A DNA stretch of 64,000 nt, from NCBI GenBank assembly GCA_000182565.2, contig KQ257450.1; one strand, 5' to 3'. The notes beneath the pieces were generated by a model. That model was not told the origin of the DNA and searched no databases. It worked only from the letters and a program-made list of their open reading frames with translations. The translations under genes were made by a program, and so were the position numbers. Below are positions 21,321-32,624 of the stretch, in pieces (the stretch's first letter is position 1; the number at the start of each line of letters is the position of its first letter). The DNA is from Spizellomyces punctatus DAOM BR117 (lineage: Eukaryota).

Positions 21321-24300
21321 ATGGCCAACCTGGCACCTCCCGTACCTCCGCACCATAGCGATGCAATATCGGACGAACTCTCCCCATCTGAGGGACAGCC
21401 TCCAAATGAGTCCCTAGAGATTACTGGAAGCACTGGAAGCGGGAAAGGGCGGATGGTCCTGGCGTGTGGTAAGTCCTTTTGACGGGTTGCAGCTGCGGGA
21501 TATGCGGTCATTTTGAAAAGGCCGAATACAAAACGCTTGCCCACGTGATATGTTTGAAGTTCTACTTTTAAACAATCCATCTTGTCGGCTCACATGGATA
21601 TTTTGTGGGCCATGGTTCAGATCGCTGCCGAACAAAGAAGCGAAGATGCAATGGTGTCCGTCCGGTTTGCAATAATTGTCAACGCGCGCATAGTCGGGGT
21701 GTTCCAGATGTGGTATGTAATTATGCGACGACGACAAAGAAACGTGGGAGAAAGAAAGGATATCGGGACGCGTTACTTCAAAAGTTAAACTATTTGGAAT
21801 CGATGTTGATGCAGAACGAAGGGCAGGGAGATGTCAATGGTCAGCAGCTGTCGGCAAGTGAAAACTTTAGTCATGCCGGGCGACGGTCGCTGCAAGAAAA
21901 TCTTCGAACGGTCAGCGATGCGATGGATATTCAAGGGGAAAGTGGGGATGATAATGAGGATGACCTGGTTTATGAATCTCCACCCATCACAGATGGCTCT
22001 ACCGCCAACTCGTCACGCAGCGCATCGTTTGCACGGTCGCAGAACATATCAATGGCGAATCTTGTCTCTCCTTATAACTCTGGGCAATCACCCGTGCGTG
22101 CAGTCCTTCCTGGGGCTCGCCCCGCGATAGAGGACGATAACTTCCAACCTGGATTTACCGACACTGATGGTTATCCTACATGCACAGAGATGGGTACTGG
22201 ATTGAATGGATCTAGTGCTTTGAGTATGAATCGGACCATGGGGATAACAACGTCGGTGCTTAGTGGGCCTCTTTCACCACGTACATCGAGGTCAGGAATG
22301 GCGTTCAACAATGGACTCGTCCGTAGCGGTTCTCGACCGGGTTTGACCGAATCTAATAGTGCAAAGGGATGGCCATTTACAGGTATGTTTAAATAAGAGC
22401 AAGTTATCGCCATGGACACTACTGACACGTCCATATATGACGCTTAGAACCAATGTATAAGGCACCGACTTTCCCTAATTTCTCTTCTTCCATCTCTGAG
22501 ATCGAAATCGACCCAGAGTATTTGAGATCACTGGGTAGTGGCCTCGACAATGTCTTTGCTGCCTTCCCTCCCCATGTGCAGCTTCCCAAGCCTCTCATTT
22601 GCATGCGTCCCGGTCTCGTTCCTGAGCTGTATATCCACCTCCTGGCTTGTTACTTTACGTTTGTGAATGTCTGTTTCCCCATGTTCGACGAAGTCCTCTT
22701 CTTTGAAGACTTGATCCCTGTCAACCGACATCCGCCTGCTCTCCTTAACGCCTTGTGTGCATATGGATGTTTGCATTCCCGGCATACTGCCCTTTTTGAA
22801 ACGCCATATCACAATCCGCGAAAGGCAGCACAGTATTTCTTCGATGAAGCGGTTAAAGAGATTGACAGCATACCGGACTCGATGCAGCATGTTCAGTTGC
22901 TTGTTTTGCTGGGGGTTTGGGACTTTGGGCAGGAGTATAGGGGAACCAGTTGGCAGTATATATGTAAGTACCCAGTTGACCCATTTTAGGTGTTCTTAAT
23001 TCCAACATTGGGCATATAATTAATGGGGCATTAAGGACAGCTTTGGCGATCCGTGAAGCAGAGAAGATCCAGTTGGGCTACAAAACTGGCCAGCAGGCGG
23101 ACTACCTGTACACGCTGTGGAAAGTACCTGGGACGGACGAATTGTCGCCCTTGGAGGTGACGGAGCGCAGACGAACGTGGGCGTATACGTTTGCTGTCGA
23201 CACATTCTCTGCCCTCGTTTCTGGGTTACATCCTGGTATTGAAGAGGGCGACTACGCCCATGTGTTGATTGAGGCTGCTAACCATGCGGATGATCACGAA
23301 GATCTGATCGGGAGGCTCAAATGCAACCGGCTTGGTCCTACAGTAATTGATTCTTCTGGTAGGCGTCTTGGGCGAGGAGGGCGACCTCTCACAGGAGAGT
23401 GGAAGCGGGTTCTTGCGGGTCACCCGATGCAAACGATTCACGACTTTCGTCCAGAGGCATGGTCTGTTGATGCAGAGAGCTTGGATCATATCTGCTCACA
23501 CAACAAGCCATGGGTACTTCAAATCGCGTACGTCATCCGCCGGGTATTGCGATGTTTGACATCAACGCCGCTGCCATCGACCGGAGGAGGGTGTACGACT
23601 CGCCCGCATGCTTCAATAATTCTATCTGTTCTTCCACCTCCCACGGACCCAGTACATCTGCATTACACCATGATTAGCTGGTGGGCGTCGACACCAGAGG
23701 ATGAAAGAGCGTATCGGCATTTGGGCGACTTTCTGAATAGCGGGATGCAGCCGGCTTTACCCTCTGTCGCCCAGCTTTGGTCCTTGTCACACACAGTGTT
23801 TAACCTCTTGTTTCCGTGTGCTATCTCGATGCTGCACCATCGGAACGTTCGAGCGGGTAATGCACCGCGTGATGCGGTGTTTGCGCCGAGCATCCTACCG
23901 GATGCACCGAGATGCACTAGTGCGAATATTTGCGTGTTGGCCCTCCGGGCGCAGGCATTCGTGGTCCGGAGTGTCTATGCAGCCCAGGGTTTCACGTCCC
24001 TGCCGTTTGCGCCCACTACCGCAGGGGCGCCCTTGGAAGCATCTGCATCGGAGGTGCCATCCAAGACACCGTTTTCGCCATCTCATCCTGCCGCCCCAAC
24101 ATGTTTCCTCCAATCACCCATGACAGTATTCGCTCTCTTTGCAACCTGTTTAACTTTTGTGAGCAAGGTGATTCCCGTTCTTCAGAGCACCAACGACCTC
24201 GCAACTATTGAAGAAGGGTTGGGGGAAATTGAGCGGCTGTTTCTCCCTACTATGGACAATTGTTCCAGAGTCTGGAAAATCACAGGAATGTACGCTGCGA

Positions 24301-24659
24301 AATTGCGAGAAGCCGTCGCAGCGATTCGGTCAGGAAATCAGGCACTCGTAGATAAGATACAGTTTGACCCGTCGGATCTCAACATGCCGACCTCCGCGAC
24401 TGCCACAACGTCTTTCTCCAATCTCCCGTCTTCCTTTCCGCATGATCTTATGAGTGGGATCTTTGCGCCAAACAGTATGCCGCAGAGTAGCCGATCGTCT
24501 TTTCAACCGCATGTGACGAATAGTGGGACGTATCATCCGGTAGCAACGATGGGCCCGTCGAATGCCAGTGGTTTAACAGACAATGTGGGGATGGGAGGAT
24601 ATCCTCCACCAGCGCGACCAGCACAGATGCCAGCACAGACAGGATTTCTGATGCGATGA
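21321..24659 (+). CDS. Zn(II)2Cys6 binuclear cluster transcription factor with fungal TF middle-homology domain, ~4 exons
   Basis: ATG 21321. A spliced intron (~21469-21620) restores ACDRCRTKKRRCNGVRPVCNNC followed by VCNY..KKRGRKKG. Middle region YFTFVNVCFPMFDE..LLNALCAYG and ERRRTWAYTFAVD. Confidence 0.92.
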
Positions 24660-25320
24660 GCGTCCTGAATCAACCGATATGTTTATCTTGTATATATGGA
24701 GTAATGTAATACCTTTGTTAATAAAATCAATGTGCATGTAAAACAAACGCATATCATGATCGTCCTGAATCACATGACTTCCCAAAAAAGGAAATTTGTA
24801 TGACGCTGAGTCCAATTGTGTTTCCCAAATTTCCTTCAAGTCGTTGAGAAGGGTGTGTGATATTTCATTTTGTTATTTTGCACATGTTTTCTTTTTGTCC
24901 TTTGCCGGTTTCCTCCCTTTTTCACGCCTCCTCAGCAAGTTTCCTTCCAGTTGCTTTTAAAGACTTGTAGGATTACCTCGATTTCTTGTTTTGTATTGCA
25001 AGATATCCATATTGTTTGCATAAAGTGGTTGTTTGGTCCTTGTTTGGCTGACGGTTCAAAAGTGTGTCACGGGCATTGGGACTCTTGAACATAAATCCAA
25101 GTGGGAGGCGCGGATTTTCCAACAGGTGGGTGGGAGTGTTGTTTGGGGGTTTTCAAAGTTATTTGGTTGGAGACTCAACAAGAAAACTCTTAACTTTCTT
25201 ATTTTGTGGTGAACAGATACGAACAAAGAGATTTTTCTCCTGGTGAAACCATCACACTACTCTTGGCGTGCAACTTATTCGGTTGGTCTTTTTCCCAAAA
25301 CCACCATTGCCGAGATCCTC

Positions 25321-27636
25321 ATGTCCACATTTGCCATGGACGCGCGAGATAACTTGCAAGTGGAGCGCGACGGCGAACCGCAACCGCCACGGCAACCTCC
25401 TTCAAACAACGATACGGATGACAAACAGGATGCTACACATCCTTTGGTGGGAGAATCTGAGCCAGTCGGTGCTACTGAAGATGCACTAGATACAACAACG
25501 TCAATGATGGAAGTTAACACAATGGGGAATGGACACGATGATAGCCCCAAGGATCGGAGACAATCTATCGATGCATCAACGGATGATAACTATGAAAATC
25601 AGATGGATCTTGACAGAAAGGAGGACAGCGACGACGATGGTGGCGCACATCCAGATTCTCGTACAAGTCCTGGACTTGAAACACCATTAAAGCGATCGCC
25701 GTCAGATGAATCCCTAGATCCTGATAAAGCATCAGAGGACAATCTGGATGCTATAGACGATGCAAGACTTTTGCAATCAGGTAAAAGATCCGAATGTCAC
25801 AGTGTCCACAATTGTATGGCGAAGCTTACTTTTGCCTCTTTCCAGTCCAACCTATCGGCCGGCCTATCAATGTCACTCGCGAGAATTTTGTCGCACTCTA
25901 CGCAAGCTTTTTGAAAACGTATCATTTCAAAAATCCTGCAGCGAGGCATTGTCGTCTGATGGAGCATTTTGCAAAATTTGACTCGCCCCCAAAAAATCAA
26001 AAGCGAACATTTGAGACATATGATTTTTATGAAGTTGTGAGGGACCTTGGCGGTGTTAGTCAGGTAGGAAACGAGGACATTTTGTAAAAGTTTATTGGCG
26101 ACAAGTATATTGATGTTATGTTGGGACTAGATCAAATCCTGGTCAGATGTCGCACGTCGACTTGGATTCGACCCACGCGGAACCAACATTGCGGCAAGAG
26201 TCAAGGACTGGATGGTCTATCATCATATTGGCGCTTTTTTTGACTACCTCTTGGGTTTTCCAAATGAATTTTACCGCCACCCTGACGATCCGAGCGCACC
26301 TCAGTTGGAGTCTGTTTCAACGCCTGGCAGCGTTAAACGGGCTGGGTCCGAGGATCAGCAATTGGAATCTGATGATATCCCGCCTAGGAAGCGCGGAAAG
26401 AGAACTTCTGGGGGCGAAGGACGGACTCCCTCGTCTGTTACAAATGGTGATTCAAGTAGCTTGACTTGGCGGTTCGTAGATGGGACCCGAGGGACCCCTA
26501 GTGGGTACGCCAGTCCCTCGGATATGGACGATGGACAGGGAACGCCTGTGCCTAGCCACCATCCTAATCGAGGACAAGAAAGCCCTAAATCCTCCCGCGT
26601 CCGCTCTGGTTCTGCTTCTAGTGCTCGCTCCGCGTCAGGTTCACATGGCACGCATAGTGACACTGAAACCGAAAGGGAGGCCGACGGTGGCAATCGTTCT
26701 CAAGATAATCGATCAGTTCCGCCTCCGTCTTCGGGCCCTTCTGGTGCACAGACGCCTTCAGATGTGCCTGACTACAAACGCGATAGCGCTTTACCGAGTC
26801 ATGAGCCGTCGTCCTACGGCCAGCGCCCAATGTCTGTTACTCCTAATGGTACTCCGGGAGCGAATGATCACATGGCGAGAAGAGAGTACTCTTACGGAGA
26901 TCAAGAACGGTACCATTCACACCACAGACCGCAAGCAGTGCCTTCTCATCCCCTTCAGCCCATGGAACGAACGCTGGAGCCGCCTTATACTATGACACCC
27001 TCATCATCGGCGCCATTTGGTCACCCAAGTGGCCCGCGGCCTCTCTACGGACAAGGATCTTACCCACCATTACCGGGACATCCTTTGATGGCTAGAGATG
27101 GGAACGAGTATGGATATGGTTCTCCTCACGTTGGCGGCTCTGGTGACAGGTATCCTCCGCCTTCACGAACAACAGGAACTCCGCAACCAGCCCGCGCGTC
27201 AGCATCCCCAGCACCACACACTAGCGATCACAATGTCAATCTTCCTCATTCAGTCCACCCGGCAGAAGCCGGTCCTTCCGCACCTGGGCCATCCGACGTG
27301 GAAGCCGCATCAAATCATCCCGATGCCACACCCTCGACAGCTCACCTTCCAAACGTTTCAAATCTCCTCGCCAGCCAACCCAATATCCAAACCATGCAAC
27401 ATCAACTCACCAAGGTCCAGCACCGAAACACGTACCTGGAAGACCGCAATGCCGTATTGGAATCCCGATGCAGAGAGCTTGGGGAACTTTTGAGAGCTTC
27501 AAATGAGATGGTTAGAGTCATGAGAGAAGAGATTGGAGAGGGACGGGGCTTGTTGGAAAAAGTGGGACGAGTAAAGGAAATGATGAGAGGGCTGGTACAA
27601 GAGTTGCCGGGATTGGGACCTTCTGGAGGACGATGA
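25321..27636 (+). CDS. ARID-like DNA-binding protein with low-complexity tail and C-terminal coiled coil, 3 exons
   Basis: Spliced reading FYEVVRDLGGVSQ | IKSWSDVARRLGFDPRGTNIAARVKDWM fits the ARID pattern (GG..W..V...LG). Introns ~25781-25844 and ~26064-26130. Confidence 0.7.
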
Positions 27637-27935
27637 CGGGAGCGGGGCAATTGGATATTGAAGTGTGTCGTTGGTGGCGACTTGTATGTAGTGCGGTGAT
27701 GGATAATAACATTCTGAATTGGATTCTGCGTATCATTGAACTCGAGACTTTAACATACAGCCTCAGCTTAACAAAGGTGTCATCGTTGGAATAAGATGAT
27801 GCAGGTTATAAACATGTGTGACATTTTGACGAAAAAAAACTATGTACAATGCGAACCGTTCTTCAAACTACAAAAGTGTTCCAAATATGCAAAATGTCTG
27901 TCATATGGCCAACTTTTCACAATCATTCGACAATG

Positions 27936-28844
27936 TTATTTTGCGCCAATCTTGATTTTCCACTTTTTCCACCCGCCAGTCCCATCAGCCGTTCCGGACA
28001 CTCTTCCCTGTGGCCGCGAAGTCCACCACTCGAACACCCTCACCAAGGCACCCACGCCCACGAATCCACAAGCCACTGCTGCCGATACGCCTTCTGTGCT
28101 GATGCGAGTAACGCATCCGGTCCTCCTTGGGTCGCACTCGGGTTTTGCCCCCATCACAAAGGAGAACCAAAAGAGTGTTAGAATGGTCATTGTCGCTTGT
28201 TCAATGTAGAATCCGTACGGTTTTGACGGCTTGTATGGGAACCCAGTGATCGCATATGGGAATTTCAATGTAGCAGGTCGTTTGATCATGTACCAACCCA
28301 AAGTCAAGATGGCAACTAAAAACGTGGCGGCGGAGGTAAAGAGCCCAAACTGGCGATGCGTGGTAATGTTTTTTTCTGGTAGTGGTTTTGCATCTGGGGC
28401 GGGATTTGTTGCGAGGAGGATGGCGAGGACAATAATGGATGGAATGAGTTGAAAAAGGGCGAGATAGTACCGTGGTTGTTGGTAGAATGGGCGGGATGTG
28501 GCAAGTGATGGAAAAAAGTCCTCTGCCGAATCCAATGTTGAATTCAAGGCTTTCAAGCTCAATGTCCCATTGTCGCTAGCGTATTTTATGTCGTCATTAA
28601 ACTGCACCCTCGCTGCCCGTTTGGCTTTCGTGATGCTTCTTGGCGGAGGGGTCGGCTCCTTATCCTCAATCGTCGATAAGCCCTTCTTTTCAAGGTTTCG
28701 TTTGACTTCGGTGAACCATTTGTCGGCGTTTGTTGATGAAAAGTCTTTGGAAGGGCGGTCGAGGGTGGAGTCTAGGTTGAAGGGAAGGGGGAGCTCAAGG
28801 TCTCCAGAATATCGGATTTTCTTGGTGGGTTTACGGGATTCCAT
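27936..28844 (-). CDS. Four-transmembrane protein, MARVEL-like
   Basis: Four hydrophobic segments (YYLALFQLIPSIIVLAILLA; FGLFTSAATFLVAILTLGWY; ATMTILTLFWFSFVMG; VSAAVACGFVGVGAL) with a Cys pair in the second loop. Confidence 0.65.
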   Translation of the reverse strand: MESRKPTKKIRYSGDLELPLPFNLDSTLDRPSKDFSSTNADKWFTEVKRNLEKKGLSTIEDKEPTPPPRSITKAKRAARVQFNDDIKYASDNGTLSLKALNSTLDSAEDFFPSLATSRPFYQQPRYYLALFQLIPSIIVLAILLATNPAPDAKPLPEKNITTHRQFGLFTSAATFLVAILTLGWYMIKRPATLKFPYAITGFPYKPSKPYGFYIEQATMTILTLFWFSFVMGAKPECDPRRTGCVTRISTEGVSAAVACGFVGVGALVRVFEWWTSRPQGRVSGTADGTGGWKKWKIKIGAK

Positions 28845-29817
28845 CTGTTGATGGGCCGCCAAGGCCAAGCAGATGTGATGAAAGGGATGGATCGAAAAAG
28901 ACTTTTGTAAATATCGATAATCCCCAATGTGTGAGGTTCACTATCCAATAATTCTGTTGTTAAGAAAAACGCACTTCAAGAGCGTAAGAGAAGAAAGCTC
29001 AAGTTCCTTTTTCACACTTGCCTTCACACTTGGGTTTCCACACATCCAATTTCTGACAAGGGGCTTTGTTGCTGAAACGCGGGTTTTGTACCAGGTTTTT
29101 TTATACATGTGATTTTGAGACAAGAAAGCGTTTTTAAATATGAAATCAAGTTCCAATGATCCAGGTTTGAGGAATTCCGATAGCAATGGGGAATGGCGAA
29201 AAATGGGGAATAGCGCAGATGAGCTCGGAAGTAAAGTAGGTGGGAAGGAGCTTTATTCCATTTCCTGGTTGGGGTGGAGAGGTTGCATGTTTTTCTTTCT
29301 AAACGGTGGACGGTAGGAATCCCAACTTTTGACGTTTGACATGAGTGGCATCGTTGACAGACCTGCATTCTTGTGTGTGAACGGTGGGTATGCGAATCCA
29401 AAAAACTATGCTGCTTGGGTAGGCTCCCTATATTTTGCAGAGGTGTATCACCTCACCCTTCTGCAATGGCGGTTGACAACATTGAAATGTAAAGACCAGG
29501 AACTGGTTGCGGAAGTGTCCATTGGATAAAAGAATGCAAACTGCAAAGCTGAGACCTGGCCCGTCAGGAATAGCATACACAAGATTTTGGTCCAGCCGAA
29601 ATGCCCAACCGCAATGCCAAAGTGAATTTCGACCATGTCCAGTCTGCAGAGGTCCGATATGAGTATCACATGTCACGACTGACGTCATGACAGGACTGTT
29701 CGTTGAGTTTCCTCCTGTACAAGAACTGGCCACGACCAGCAGTGCTCAGCAACAAGAAGAAAGCCCTTAGCATTTCATCTCAAATCACTGCCTGCAAACC
29801 AACGTCCTTGTTCAATT

Positions 29818-30216
29818 ATGATTTACTCGAATATCTTGAGAGCCAATCGCTCACTTGCCTCCATCCGCCATGTCCGGTTCCCGAAAAGTCCCACTATTAC
29901 GAGCCACTTTATACGTTCCCGTTCAACCACTCCTCTTCTAGCCCCTCACCAGCCAGAACCACTCGAGACTGGCGCTGTTGAAGACTTCGAAGTCGATACC
30001 TCGCCAGAAGCGATCGAGGAACGCATGCGTGAATTCAACGCAAAGTCCCACCTTCCTGTCGCTGAGGAATCGCCGCACGAGACTGGTGTAAATGAGAGTG
30101 CAACGATCAGAAGGGATATCCTTGCGGAGGTGGATCCTGAAAGAATCCCAAAGGAAGGGAATCAAGGAATTAGAAAAGTGTCTTTCAAGCCGGCAGATCC
30201 CACAGAGAGCGCCTAG
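29818..30216 (+). CDS. Hypothetical 132 aa protein with possible mitochondrial presequence
   Basis: Arg/Ser-rich, acid-free N-terminus (MIYSNILRANRSLASIRHVRFPKS) followed by an acidic body. Confidence 0.55.
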   Translation: MIYSNILRANRSLASIRHVRFPKSPTITSHFIRSRSTTPLLAPHQPEPLETGAVEDFEVDTSPEAIEERMREFNAKSHLPVAEESPHETGVNESATIRRDILAEVDPERIPKEGNQGIRKVSFKPADPTESA

Positions 30217-30379
30217 TTGTAGCAGATAATTAAAGAGGATATTGGGAGATACGGGGGACATTGAGATTAAAGCTGCTTGCTTCTTCATCCTGGATTTACA
30301 TTTCATGTAGTTTTACAGAGTTATTACGCTATGCCTCTGTGCCATCAGCTGGCAATTTCGGTGATGATGATGTCGTTCA

Positions 30380-30984
30380 TCAAGCCTTGACAGTCACCAT
30401 GTCCATCCCACAGCACATTGGAGATTTGATCATACCACATCCCTGCGGACATTTAGAAACTCCAACCTTTCAAGTAAATGGAATGAGTATAAAACTTTTG
30501 AAGGGTGTGCAGCTTGCCAGATGAGGACCACTCACCTTGCTGCCTTCAACGTCAACAGTGTCTCCTTGGAGGCCCTTGCCACACTTGTTGCATTGCATAT
30601 CCTGTACCCGATACTATTCAATAGTGTACTACGAAGATAGAGAGCTTCAGAATAAGCTCACCTTGACGCTCATACCACATTTACCACAGCTGTAGTTGAT
30701 CTTGCTGGTGGCAGCTTCAGTGCCACTGACTTTCTCGGACGTTTTTTTCATGTCCTTGCCACAGCAGGTGGGAGATTTGATCATACCGCAGCCGCCAGGA
30801 CAGCGTGAAACCGCAATTGTCCTGTAAGAGACAGAGAACATTCAATATGATGGCTCAATGACGTGAAATAGTCAGGTACTTACTCTCCACCATCCACAAT
30901 GGTGTCCATAACCAATCCCTTCCCGCATTTTCCGCAATGAAGGTTGGTGACTCCCATAGAACATGAATCGCACGCATAGCTCAT
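30380..30984 (-). CDS. 137 aa cysteine-rich protein with two tandem 8-Cys domains (exons 30984-30884, 30821-30662, 30601-30536, 30466-30380)
   Basis: Donors GTAAGT/GTGAGC/GTGAGT give an uninterrupted frame: MSYACDSCSMGVTNLHCGKCGKGLVMDTIVDGGETIAVSRCPGGCGMIKSPTCCGKDMKKTSEKVSGTEAATSKINYSCGKCGMSVKDMQCNKCGKGLQGDTVDVEGSKVGVSKCPQGCGMIKSPMCCGMDMVTVKA*. Confidence 0.9.
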
Positions 30985-31461
30985 GATGACAGTTGTTTCT
31001 TCAAGAAGCGATTGTGGAAGAATCAAAAACTGGTTATTGCTAGACAAAAAGAAAGGTCGCTACGAGATGAATTGTGGGGAAAGATTGTGGGGAATAACAA
31101 GTCCATTTATAGCAGAATGTCAAGGGGGGGCTTTGGAGAAACCCTCATGCTCAGTCATCAGCGGATTGCACGCGGGGGGGACTGTGTGCAGGGATGCTAT
31201 TTAGATTATGCGTAAATAAACGAAATTCAAAGGAGCGATCGCGGGGGTTTTGATTTCTTTCGTGGATTACTCTATTCGAGCGCGAGCACTGCTCTGCAAT
31301 GCATATCGCTGATCAACATGTACCTATTCTTTCTATTTTTCTACGAATGTTGGGTATTATCGTCAGTCGAAGGTACATGATGGGCAATATTCATCTGCCT
31401 CACCATAGCAACAATGTGTGTCAACCTGCCCATGCTTTCCGCTCCTTTGTAACTTGATCTA

Positions 31462-32532
31462 ATGGACACGCGAGCCGCCGAACTCAGATCCCTCTTTTTA
31501 TCGGTTCTATCCTCCAGCTCGGACAATGTTGACGGCATTCTGCTCTCCGGAGGCCTAGACACCTCCATTATAGCTGATGCAGGCACATCGATCTTGGGCC
31601 TTACAACGGGGGTTACGGTTGTTTGCGGAGAATCTGGTACTTCACCAGATGAACCATACGCAACTTCCATTGCAAAAGCCAATAAACTGTCTCATCGCAT
31701 TGTGCGAGTACCAGATCCATTGGATCTTGTTGATGATGCCCCTGGAGGACTCTTGGATCTCTGTGTTCGAACACTATGTACATTTGATCCAATGGAACTC
31801 CGCAATGCAGTCGTTATTGCAAGAGGCCTGAAAGAGTGTCAAAATGCAGGATTACGGGTCGTTGTAACAGGTGATGGAGCCGATGAGCTTTTTGCCGGAT
31901 ACAGTTTCCTCGCATCGATGCAGCCTGGTAAACTCAAACGCTACATTCGTCGGTTGGCCCAGCCCAACGCCATGCGCTTCTGTGCCGGACCACTTGCTAA
32001 GGCCCTGGGGCTAGATGTCGTGCAGCCTTACTTAGATCCACGAATTATTGAGTTTGCGCTGACCTGTCGAAAACAGGAACTGGTAGGCACGGACGAGGGT
32101 GGGATGATGCATGGCAAGTGGATTTTGAGAGAAGCATTTCCTGAGGCCCATTCACGATGGCGAAAAAAGGATCCTATTGAGGTCGGCTCGGGAACAACGG
32201 TTTTGCCAAAAGTCTTTGAAAAGCGGTGCGACGAGATAAAAGTCGAGCAAGAAATACAGGATATCGCTCACCGGGATCGCATCAAAATTCGAGATGCAGA
32301 ACACCTCCATTATTACCGCGCCTTTCAAAGAGCTTTTGCCCTTCCATCGAAAAACGACCAACCAACACAATTCAACTGCCCTGTTGCGCGATACGCAAGT
32401 GATCCATGTCGTGCTTGCGGATTCCAACTGCAGAGAGCTGATCAATTCTTTTGTGTGGTTTGTGGAGAGTGGCCAGCGAGAGATGGTGGGCCACCAACGG
32501 ACGATCAAGAAGGGGATGAATTAGATATCTAG
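31462..32532 (+). CDS. Asparagine-synthase C-terminal (PP-loop ATPase) domain protein lacking the glutaminase domain, with C-terminal Zn ribbon
   Basis: Intronless ORF. LLSGGLDTS, TGDGADELFAGY, GKWILREAF, then CRAC-x10-CVVC. Confidence 0.88.
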   Translation: MDTRAAELRSLFLSVLSSSSDNVDGILLSGGLDTSIIADAGTSILGLTTGVTVVCGESGTSPDEPYATSIAKANKLSHRIVRVPDPLDLVDDAPGGLLDLCVRTLCTFDPMELRNAVVIARGLKECQNAGLRVVVTGDGADELFAGYSFLASMQPGKLKRYIRRLAQPNAMRFCAGPLAKALGLDVVQPYLDPRIIEFALTCRKQELVGTDEGGMMHGKWILREAFPEAHSRWRKKDPIEVGSGTTVLPKVFEKRCDEIKVEQEIQDIAHRDRIKIRDAEHLHYYRAFQRAFALPSKNDQPTQFNCPVARYASDPCRACGFQLQRADQFFCVVCGEWPARDGGPPTDDQEGDELDI

Positions 32533-32624
32533 TCGTGAGTATTGGAGTCCATTCTCTTTACTTTATTCTTTTTCCAAATTGCACAAGTTTGATCTGTATA
32601 CATCCCAGTTTGAACACAACTGTC

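Noticed and set aside
28941..29733. Several short ORFs between the membrane-protein gene and the 132 aa gene
   Set aside because: No coherent splice model or motif; treated as intergenic.
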